This document shows positions 53,893 through 61,792 of a stretch of 63,425 nucleotides of DNA, piece by piece. The notes below the pieces were generated by a model. The model was not told the DNA's origin. It ran no database searches and saw only the letters and a list, made by a program, of their open reading frames with translations. Each line of letters opens with the position of its first letter. Positions within the stretch are counted from its first letter, which is position 1. Origin of the DNA: a bacterium (lineage in GTDB: Bacteria; Patescibacteriota; Minisyncoccia; Phycocordibacterales; Zambryskibacteraceae); NCBI GenBank assembly GCA_030650605.1, contig JAUSDP010000035.1, positions 1-63,425 of the forward strand, given 5' to 3'. The translations under genes were made by a program, and so were the position numbers.

Positions 53893-54840
53893 ATGCGTCT
53901 AATGTACTCAATATTGAAATGGTTCTCAAATAAGGACCTTTTATATATAAGAAGACTTATAACAGAAATATTGACACATAAACTTTCTCACAATGAACAA
54001 TCTAAATTATTTTGGGATAACAATGGTTATACTTGGAATATACGTGTATCACCAGTAAATCCATCCGAAGACGACCTAAATATTTATAAAAAATACCTAA
54101 TAGACGGAAAAAAAAATAAAAAAGTGCTTTTATTGGGCTCTACTCCCCTATTGCGTAGTTTATTAAGCGAGGTGGGCTTTAAAAATTACGTGGTAGCCGA
54201 TTTTTCATTTGCCGTTATTGAAACCAGTTTGCGGGCACTTAATAAACTGGGTATCAATCTAAGTACTGAAAACGAAATATGGTTAAAATCTGACTGGTTA
54301 GACATGCCGCTTGAACTAGAATCTTTCGACTGTATTGTAGGAGATATGGTTTTCACACAAATTGAACCACACAAACAGCCGCTTTTTGTTGAAAAACTTG
54401 CATCACTTTTAAAACCCAAAGGATACTTTATCGGAAGAGTGCATATATGCAATTTAAATGTTAATGATAGAGAGCCAAGAAAAATTATTGAGGAGATTTT
54501 ATCTTCTAAAGACTTGGAAAATACAGTGGAACAAAGATTCGCGTTGCTTTACAAATTAAGAGATAGATTAAGAAATAATAAAACCCAGACTACTTCTCCC
54601 CACACAATAATCAGTGAGTTGTTGAAATATCAAACTTCCGATGAAAAAAAACGGGATTTCTTGAGGTCGGTAGTTAATATGATTTCAAGACGAGCCGAAA
54701 TAGGGTTACCGTTTATTTCACAAACTAAAGATGAGTTTATGAATGTCATATTCAAAGAGTTTTCATTAGAAACAATCGTAACCGCATCCGATTACACATC
54801 AGAATATTTCCCGATATATGTTTTGCAGAAAAAAACTTAA
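53893..54840 (+). CDS. putative class I SAM-dependent methyltransferase-fold protein
   Basis: KKVLLLGSTPLL (motif I-like), FDCIVGDMVFTQIEP, and LLKPKGYFIGRVH (post-II/III-like). Assignment is tentative. Confidence 0.4.
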   Translation: MRLMYSILKWFSNKDLLYIRRLITEILTHKLSHNEQSKLFWDNNGYTWNIRVSPVNPSEDDLNIYKKYLIDGKKNKKVLLLGSTPLLRSLLSEVGFKNYVVADFSFAVIETSLRALNKLGINLSTENEIWLKSDWLDMPLELESFDCIVGDMVFTQIEPHKQPLFVEKLASLLKPKGYFIGRVHICNLNVNDREPRKIIEEILSSKDLENTVEQRFALLYKLRDRLRNNKTQTTSPHTIISELLKYQTSDEKKRDFLRSVVNMISRRAEIGLPFISQTKDEFMNVIFKEFSLETIVTASDYTSEYFPIYVLQKKT

Positions 54841-54857
54841 GATTGATATCATCTTCT

Positions 54858-56291
54858 TTATAATTTTCTTTCTTGAAATTCAGATAATGGAATAAAAAAG
54901 GACGGTTTATGCCCGCGACCATTTGGAATAACATCTACGTATTTAATTTCAATATTGATTTTTTCTCCATTGAACAATTCAGTAATCGCTAACCTAATCA
55001 TTATCTCATCTGCATTGCTAATTTCCCGCCTCGGCACAATCAATAATAGAAGGTTGTCTATCCGATTTTGTATTATTTGGAATTGCCTTGCCAGTCTACC
55101 CAATCTTGCCTCTCCCATTAAGACATTGCTATGTAACCTATATAGATACATCATTCTAATTTTTCGGCCACTCGGTAATATTATTTCGTATCCTCTTCTC
55201 CCATAAAATTTAAAAAGTGGTAATGTCCTTCCACACTTGCAAGAGTGGTTAAATATTTGTCCCATATCGTTATGTGCATAACGCACAACCGGATTTAAAG
55301 TATAAGCAAAGGAGGTAATAACCAATTCCCCTTCGGATCCCTCCGTCATCCTAGTTTCGTCTTTCCCAACAATCTCCATGATATTTGTTTCGGAATTAAT
55401 ATGAAAACACCCTTGATCAGTCGGGCATTCAAATCCGATATAGCCAACCCCATTGCCGCTAAGCATGTTTATGACCGGCCCATCTGTAATCTGTTTTATA
55501 GTTTCGCGTTCAGTCGTAGAAATAGGCTCGCTAGTTGTTCTCACAGCAAAAATTGGCAAATCAACATCATCTTCAATAATCCATTCTGCAAGTTTAGCTA
55601 TTAAAGATCCGTAACCCACCAAAAAAGCTGGGGCTGCATTACGAATACTTGCATATATGTCCTTGCGTAAATCTGGATTATCCAAATCGGGAGATCTAAT
55701 AAACGGAAAATTTTTATAAAAAAAATCTTTTTCAAAAACATGCTTGAAACCAGGCATGCCTAAAACCACAAAAGATTTTCTTGAAAGGATCTTGCCTATA
55801 GAAAATTTTTCAAGTGCCGGATGTCTGAAAAGAAAAACTGCATAATTTATTAGTATTTCACGCTCACTATAAAAATGCTTCAACGAAACACCTGTCGTGC
55901 CACTACTATAATAAGAGAACGTTGATTGGTTTATAAAATCATGATTAAGATATGTTTTGTCTCCTAATTCCAAAAGGATTTTGCGGTTTAAGACGGGGAG
56001 AATTCCAAGATCTTCGAGTGTAGCCTTTTCTGGAAAAAATCCAAATTGATGAAAATATTCTGCCCAAAATGAAGATTTACTCTGAATCAAACTAGTAAAT
56101 TTACGAAGGCGCATCGTTTGGAGATCTTCAAGTTTTTCTTGCGACCAATACTGAGATTCTGAAAGTATGTTTAGATATCTTTCTACCGCTTCTATAAAAG
56201 ATTTATTATCTAACAGCGACCCTCGTTTTATGTCGGCGGGAAAAAACTTTTCTGGAGAAATAAGATAATCTAATTTTTCTTGATTATTCAT
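54858..56291 (-). CDS. PaaK/CapK-like adenylate-forming enzyme, copy 2
   Basis: YYSSGTTGVSL, VVRYAHNDMG, SCKCGRTLPLFKFYGRRGY. ATGA overlap with the purD stop. Confidence 0.7.
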   Translation of the reverse strand: MNNQEKLDYLISPEKFFPADIKRGSLLDNKSFIEAVERYLNILSESQYWSQEKLEDLQTMRLRKFTSLIQSKSSFWAEYFHQFGFFPEKATLEDLGILPVLNRKILLELGDKTYLNHDFINQSTFSYYSSGTTGVSLKHFYSEREILINYAVFLFRHPALEKFSIGKILSRKSFVVLGMPGFKHVFEKDFFYKNFPFIRSPDLDNPDLRKDIYASIRNAAPAFLVGYGSLIAKLAEWIIEDDVDLPIFAVRTTSEPISTTERETIKQITDGPVINMLSGNGVGYIGFECPTDQGCFHINSETNIMEIVGKDETRMTEGSEGELVITSFAYTLNPVVRYAHNDMGQIFNHSCKCGRTLPLFKFYGRRGYEIILPSGRKIRMMYLYRLHSNVLMGEARLGRLARQFQIIQNRIDNLLLLIVPRREISNADEIMIRLAITELFNGEKINIEIKYVDVIPNGRGHKPSFFIPLSEFQERKL

Positions 56292-57562
56292 CTGGATAGT
56301 ATTAATGCCTCTTTACCAATATCGGTTCGAAATTGCATGCCGTCAAATTTTATTTTTTCTAATGCTTTGTAGGTTTTTATTATTGCTGAATTTAAGTCAT
56401 TGCCAAACGCGCTTACTCCAAATGCTCGCCCCATCTTATCCACGACTGTGTCATTGCCGTTAATTTTTGTTCCAGCTTGAAATATAACTACATCCGAGTT
56501 GTCGCCAAAGGTCGCCAAACCGTTGATTTTAATACCCTTTTTATATTTCCGCGGATAGTTTTCGGCAGCCACCATTACACAGCAGGTAAATTTATTAGAC
56601 CATTCAATGGAAAAATTCTTCAGATCTTTATTTACGCAAGCAAGAAGCACGTCTGCTAAATCGGTTTTTAAAATTCGCATATATGATTGAGTTTCAGGAT
56701 TACCAAACCTTGCATTTAATTCCAAGACCACAGGTCCCCTTGAGGTTATCATAACACCAGGAAATAGAATACCCGTAAATGGTCTGCCTATCTTTCTGAG
56801 TCCATTAAGAGTCGGCATCACGATTTTTTCTTTTATTTCATCCATCATATCGGACGTTACCCAAGGAACCGGCGCGATGCTACCCATGCCTCCGGTATTT
56901 GGCCCCTTATCACCATCCAAGAGTCGTTTGTAATCCCGCGATGCTGGGAAAAGCTCACAATTATCACCATCACAAAACGCATGTATAGAAATTTCTCGCC
57001 CTTCCAAAAATTTTTCTATAATAATAATTTTACCGGCATCGCCAAATATCTTCCTTGCCATAAACTTATCTAAAGCTGATTCTGCTTCCGCAAAATCTTT
57101 AGCGATAACTGTACCAAGCCCAAATGCCAAACCGTCGGCTTTTATCACTATTGGGAAACTCTGATTTTTCACATACTCATTTGCCCGCCCAATATCAGAG
57201 AAGATTTCAAATGGAGCGGTTGGTATCGCCTCTTCACGCATAAAATTTTTTGCAAACGATTTTGACCACTCAATTTGAGCTGCTGCTTTTGTTGGCCCGA
57301 AAAAGGGAATTTTAAGTTTTTCAACCTCATTTGCTAGCCCTTCAGCTAAACATGAGGCTGAGCACGTAAGAACTAAATCCACGCTATTTATCTTAAGCCA
57401 ATCCACAATGTCTACTATTCTTCTAAATGGTAAATTTTCTCCAAGAGTAGCGGTGCCAGCATTTCCGGGTGCAATATAGATTTTGCTTACCTTCGCGGAT
57501 TGGTGTAGTTTCCACGCAAGTGCATGTTCACTTCCCTTGTAACCTACAATTAAAACTTTCAT
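56288..57562 (-). CDS. purD: phosphoribosylamine--glycine ligase family (ATP-grasp)
   Basis: MKVLIVGYKGSEHALAWKL, APGNAGTA, IVIKADGLAFGLG, RDYKRLLDGDKGPNTGGMGS, LELNARFGNPETQ. Confidence 0.8.
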   Translation of the reverse strand: MKVLIVGYKGSEHALAWKLHQSAKVSKIYIAPGNAGTATLGENLPFRRIVDIVDWLKINSVDLVLTCSASCLAEGLANEVEKLKIPFFGPTKAAAQIEWSKSFAKNFMREEAIPTAPFEIFSDIGRANEYVKNQSFPIVIKADGLAFGLGTVIAKDFAEAESALDKFMARKIFGDAGKIIIIEKFLEGREISIHAFCDGDNCELFPASRDYKRLLDGDKGPNTGGMGSIAPVPWVTSDMMDEIKEKIVMPTLNGLRKIGRPFTGILFPGVMITSRGPVVLELNARFGNPETQSYMRILKTDLADVLLACVNKDLKNFSIEWSNKFTCCVMVAAENYPRKYKKGIKINGLATFGDNSDVVIFQAGTKINGNDTVVDKMGRAFGVSAFGNDLNSAIIKTYKALEKIKFDGMQFRTDIGKEALILSR

Positions 57563-57594
57563 CTTTACTATTATACAAGCACATTAACATTAAT

Positions 57595-57660
57595 TTATTT
57601 CTTTGTCAGACAGTAAATCTCGTTAGCGTAAGTGGGAAAAAAACCTTCGGAGTAGCATAC
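57595..57660 (-). pseudogene. relic 1 of the 3' end of the PRTase::beta-propeller gene
   Basis: The minus strand translates FFPTYANEIYCLTKK*, compared with FFLPTYANEIYCLEVKLPVP* at 59688. A 23-nt block is identical (57614-57636 = 59719-59741). Confidence 0.75.
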
Positions 57661-57700
57661 AAACCTTTTTTTATTTTACCAAATATGCTAATATAAGCCT

Positions 57701-57904
57701 ATGAAACATGTAAAAGTACCTATAATTGATGTTAAAAAATATGGTGGCAAACAGGTGGCTATTGTGAATGGCAAAATTATTGCTTCCGGCCATACTTTGG
57801 CGGAAGTTGTTGCACTAGCAAGAAAACAGGTGCCAAAGAAGCCACTTAATGAGATTAGTATTTTTTTAGTTCCACCAACACTTTCGGTAATTTATTATGT
57901 CTAA
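57701..57904 (+). CDS. small DUF5678-like protein
   Basis: 67 aa, KKYGGKQVAIVNGKIIASGHTLAEVVALARKQ. 8-nt overlap (ATGTCTAA) with the next gene. Confidence 0.45.
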   Translation: MKHVKVPIIDVKKYGGKQVAIVNGKIIASGHTLAEVVALARKQVPKKPLNEISIFLVPPTLSVIYYV

Positions 57905-58358
57905 ATCGTCAGTTTTTCCTTACGGCATCACCTTGCGGGAAGGCGGAACTATTGATATATTCCCTTCGGCAGAAATTAAAATTCAAAGCAAAGAGAGAGA
58001 ATGGCTCTCCATTTTTTTGCTTATTGATTCCGGGGCAGCATTATCGGCCCTCCCAAGAAGCGACTCTTCTTTTTTAGGTATTAATGTTGAAAAAGGTAGC
58101 CTTATGTATATTTATGGCGTAAGCGGTCAACCAGTAAGGGGGTGGAGGCACAATCTTGATATCCGCTTTGGAAACAACGCAATGAATTTGCCCTTTGTAT
58201 TTTTAGATAACCCAAATACACCACGAGTTCTAGGTCGCGCGGGAATGTTTGAAAAGTTTTCTATAGTTTTTGATGAACACGGCAAAAGAAGCGGTTTTTT
58301 GAACTCCGCAAGCAGAGAAGCCAAAGAGGTTGGCAAAATTTTGAGTAGAATTAGTTAG
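57897..58358 (+). CDS. retropepsin-like (clan AA) aspartic protease, single domain
   Basis: FLLIDSGAALSALP (hydrophobic-hydrophobic-D-S-G-A active-site loop) and RVLGRAGMFEKFSIVFD (the ILG-x-D-x-L-like second motif). Confidence 0.6.
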   Translation: MSKSSVFPYGITLREGGTIDIFPSAEIKIQSKEREWLSIFLLIDSGAALSALPRSDSSFLGINVEKGSLMYIYGVSGQPVRGWRHNLDIRFGNNAMNLPFVFLDNPNTPRVLGRAGMFEKFSIVFDEHGKRSGFLNSASREAKEVGKILSRIS

Positions 58359-58378
58359 CTTACAAGAAAAATTAATCC

Positions 58379-58492
58379 TCATTTGCTCTTTATAAGACAA
58401 AAGAGTTCATTGGCATAAGTCAGAAGAAAAAACCTTTTTATGACCACATTATATGCCGGTCTGTTTGTAATTCTTTCCGTAACCTGAAAATG
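58379..58492 (-). pseudogene. relic 2 of the 3' end of the PRTase::beta-propeller gene
   Basis: The minus strand translates FQVTERITNRPAYNVVIKRFFLLTYANELFCLIKSK*, compared with FQVTERITNRPAYNAITKKFFLPTYANEIYCLEVKLPVP*. A 37-nt block has 3 mismatches (58446-58482 vs 59765-59801). Confidence 0.8.
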
Positions 58493-58532
58493 TAGAGTAC
58501 CTAATAAATTTCTACATTACACTACATTGCCC

Positions 58533-58577
58533 AATCGTATCATTTTGATATGATTAATAGGCATAAATGATACGATT
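58533..58577. promoter_or_regulatory. perfect 12-bp inverted repeat abutting the fic start codon
   Basis: AATCGTATCATT (58533-58544) and AATGATACGATT (58566-58577), 21-nt spacer. The ATG is at 58578. Confidence 0.6.
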
Positions 58578-59633
58578 ATGATCAAAATAAGCCCAAAACA
58601 GCAGCAAATATTACTTATTTTCTTGAAGAATAAAGCCTTGAGCTCTTCAGAAACCCATAAATTGATTATTGAGTCAGGCGAAAATTTATCGCTTGTGACA
58701 GTAAAAAGAGAGCTGGCGAAAATGGCTTCATTCGAGCTTTTAATCGCTTCTGGCAAAGGACGAGGAAGCGCATACAAAATAAGCCCGCTGGGCAGGATAT
58801 TTTCCAATGTAGACGCTGGCAGTTATTGTTCGGAAGAACCAGATAGGCGCTATGGACTCGATCGTTTTAATTTTGAACTGTTTCCGGCAATGCCGCTGGC
58901 AATTTTCGCAAAAGACGAGCTCACCTTGCTTGAAAAAGCGACTGACGAATATCGCAGGAGAACATCAGATTTGCCTCCGGCTATAAAAAAGAAAGAGTTG
59001 GAGCGACTCATCATAGAATTGTCGTGGAAATCGTCCAAAATTGAAGGCAATACATACACTCTTCTTGATACAGAAAAGTTGATTCTGGAAAACAAAGAGG
59101 CGCCGGGGCATAGCAAAAATGAAGCTGTAATGATTCTCAATCATAAAAATGCGTTTACCTTTGTGCATGAAAATTCAAACAAGTTCCGTGAACTTACACA
59201 CACTAATCTGGAAGAGCTGCACAAAATTTTAGTAAAAGATCTAAGCGTTGGCACTGGACTTCGCCAAAAGCCGGTTGGCGTGGTTGGTTCCAAATATCAG
59301 CCGCTTGATAACATTTATCAAATTAAAGAAGCGGTGGATTTGTTGGCGGCGACCATTGCGAGAATGGAAACGCCTTACGCAAAGGCACTCGCGGCTTTAT
59401 GTGGACTCGGTTACATCCAGCCGTTTGAAGACGGCAACAAGCGCACTGCGCGCCTGATGACAAATGCGCTTCTTATTGCGCACGGGGCTTCTCCGCTTTC
59501 ATATCGAAGTGTGGATGAAAAAGAATATCGCGAAGCGATGCTTGTTTTTTACGAATTGAATTCCATTATTCCCATCAAAAAAATATTCATAGACCAATAT
59601 GAATTCGCGGCGAAACATTACGCTGTAAAATGA
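58578..59633 (+). CDS. Fic/Doc-family protein with an N-terminal wHTH; catalytic His replaced
   Basis: The Fic core reads YIQPFEDGNKRTARLM (expected H-P-F-x-[DE]-G-N-[GK]-R). The codon is CAG (Gln) where His is expected. N-terminus QQQILLIFLKNKALSSSETHKLI..LVTVKRELAKM is wHTH-like. Confidence 0.7.
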   Translation: MIKISPKQQQILLIFLKNKALSSSETHKLIIESGENLSLVTVKRELAKMASFELLIASGKGRGSAYKISPLGRIFSNVDAGSYCSEEPDRRYGLDRFNFELFPAMPLAIFAKDELTLLEKATDEYRRRTSDLPPAIKKKELERLIIELSWKSSKIEGNTYTLLDTEKLILENKEAPGHSKNEAVMILNHKNAFTFVHENSNKFRELTHTNLEELHKILVKDLSVGTGLRQKPVGVVGSKYQPLDNIYQIKEAVDLLAATIARMETPYAKALAALCGLGYIQPFEDGNKRTARLMTNALLIAHGASPLSYRSVDEKEYREAMLVFYELNSIIPIKKIFIDQYEFAAKHYAVK

Positions 59634-59687
59634 ATGGGCCTGTCGAAAAAGCGTAATAAAAAAAGATAAAATTTTTGGCGTATCCTG

Positions 59688-61436
59688 TTAAGGAACGGGT
59701 AATTTTACCTCGAGACAATAAATCTCGTTAGCGTAAGTGGGGAGAAAAAACTTTTTGGTAATCGCATTATACGCCGGTCTGTTTGTGATTCTTTCCGTTA
59801 CTTGGAAAAAGCCTGTCGATTTGCCATTTTTCGGATCAATTTCATAAAGACGCCCGTTATTTGCTCCAACATAAAGCCGATCCTCAATAATAACTGGCGT
59901 AGAAAATATCCGCGTGCCAACATTAAACTTCCAAGCCAATTGTTTCGTGTCAAGATTTAAACAATACACGAATTTATCAAGCGAGGTAAAAATAACCTTA
60001 TTTCCATAAACTATCGGAGTAGAATACATACCTGCTCGCATCTCATATTTAATCACTGGTTTCCCCGATTTCAAATCAAGACCATAGAAATTACCGTCAA
60101 ACGACCCGAAAAGAAGTAGGTTTCTCTTTTCATCAAAAGTCAGAGATGCTTTAATTTCACCATCGGTTTTATAACGCCAAAGCAATTCCCCGTTTTCCGC
60201 TTTAAAAAGATACACCGTTGAATCATTACCACCGATAGCAACAAGACCTTTTGATTGTGAGTACGCTGGCGAGCAATGCACGTATTCGGACATAATGTAC
60301 TGCCATTTTTTTTCGCCAGTATCTAAATCAAGAGCCACTATTCCCCCCTTTTTATTCCATAGTCCGAATTCAAGACCGATAAAAAGCAAGTTAAGATCTG
60401 GCGCTAATGTGGGGGAAGAACCTACCCAGTCTGCCTCCATAAAAATCCATTTCGGTTTCCCGGTCGCGGTATCCAGAGCATAAACATTACCATCATACGA
60501 GCCAAAATAGACACAATTTTGCCCAAGTACCGGAGAAGAAAAGATGCTTTTGCCCTGTGCATGCCAGCCAACTTTGTATTTCCAAGCCACTGATCCGTCG
60601 CTTTGATTAAGAGCCCAGAAATCACCACTATCACTACCAAAATAAATTTTTTCGTCATCTATTACCGGCGCAGATTTCGGCACCACGTAGAAATAATTAG
60701 GATTATCGCTCTTAAAATACCAGATGATATCGAAATTATTTGTAGGTAATTTTTTTTCTTCTCTCTTTAGAAGAGGTATGCCAAAATCAGACAGAGATAT
60801 TAATGAAGTAAGCTCAATATTTTTCTCATTCAAAAAAGAAAAATTTTCGAAATCCCTGAAATTCATTAAGGTAAAAATATGGGAAACTTTTTTCCCCAAC
60901 TGCCCTAAAACCTCAAGTTGCCTGACAAAGGTGCCGCCGCTATTGATCAAATCATCAACTAATATGATTTTCTCATCATTGAGAGTACCCTCCACAATTT
61001 TTTGAAGCCCATCTTTTTTTCTTGACTTTCTTAAATAAAAACCGTTCACTGGCATCCCCAGCTCCCAGCCCTTCATAACAATCGCCGAAATTAAAGGAAT
61101 AGCCGCTGTTTCTTGTCCCCCAACCTGGAATGGGTACTGCTCCTTGAAACGTTTCCAAAAAATTTCTGCAATGAGATCAAGACACTCCGGTTTTAGCAAT
61201 ATCTTTCTAAAATCAAAGAGCCACTTGCTATCACTACCGTGGGAAGAAACTATTTTCTGATCTTGTGCCGTAACTAAAACGTCACGTTTAATTATTTCCT
61301 TCAATTTTTGGATTTCTGCGTCAAAAGCAGTCATAAGACACATCTTAGCATTACTGGACATTCTACGGTAAAATTCGAGTAAACACATGAAAACGATCAT
61401 TTTCTGGAACGTTAATGGAAATCTCTCAGGTGGCAA
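59688..61436 (-). CDS. PyrE-like phosphoribosyltransferase fused to a PQQ-like beta-propeller
   Basis: N-terminal ...GGQETAAIPLISAIV...FYLRKSRKKDGLQKIVEGTLNDEKIILVDDLINSGGT (type I PRTase PRPP loop). Then about 7 repeats such as YFGSDSGDFWALNQSDGSVAWKY and YFGSYDGNVYALDTATGKPKW. The true start is uncertain: the track start is TTG, and ATG candidates lie 25-33 codons downstream of it. Confidence 0.65.
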   Translation of the reverse strand: MPPERFPLTFQKMIVFMCLLEFYRRMSSNAKMCLMTAFDAEIQKLKEIIKRDVLVTAQDQKIVSSHGSDSKWLFDFRKILLKPECLDLIAEIFWKRFKEQYPFQVGGQETAAIPLISAIVMKGWELGMPVNGFYLRKSRKKDGLQKIVEGTLNDEKIILVDDLINSGGTFVRQLEVLGQLGKKVSHIFTLMNFRDFENFSFLNEKNIELTSLISLSDFGIPLLKREEKKLPTNNFDIIWYFKSDNPNYFYVVPKSAPVIDDEKIYFGSDSGDFWALNQSDGSVAWKYKVGWHAQGKSIFSSPVLGQNCVYFGSYDGNVYALDTATGKPKWIFMEADWVGSSPTLAPDLNLLFIGLEFGLWNKKGGIVALDLDTGEKKWQYIMSEYVHCSPAYSQSKGLVAIGGNDSTVYLFKAENGELLWRYKTDGEIKASLTFDEKRNLLLFGSFDGNFYGLDLKSGKPVIKYEMRAGMYSTPIVYGNKVIFTSLDKFVYCLNLDTKQLAWKFNVGTRIFSTPVIIEDRLYVGANNGRLYEIDPKNGKSTGFFQVTERITNRPAYNAITKKFFLPTYANEIYCLEVKLPVP

Positions 61437-61792
61437 GCTGACTAATACCCCGATAGAAAGCTCCCCTACAGTTGATTGAATTGGTCAAAAGTAATTCCTA
61501 ATTCTTTTAAAATAAGTTTCAGTAAGACTATGCCGATTTCTCTATGAGAATACGCCATCTGACCGGCTTAAGCATGAACCATCTTCAGACTAAAGCCGTT
61601 GATTTTCTTTTTATTTTGAATCGCGAGAAGTAAGTTTTCTTCAAGTATTTCGGACAATTCTTGTCGAACTGCCTTAACACTCATCCCTTGGGCATAAATG
61701 CCACGTGCGCCAGTGATAGAACCTGCCCACATTGTGACGCTCTTGTCATATTCATAATTCCGACCAAGTTATGAATTTGATCCGTACCCAAT

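Noticed and set aside
58517-58807. 96-aa minus-strand ORF
   Set aside because: It is antisense to the fic 5' end and its upstream inverted repeat, with no supporting signals.
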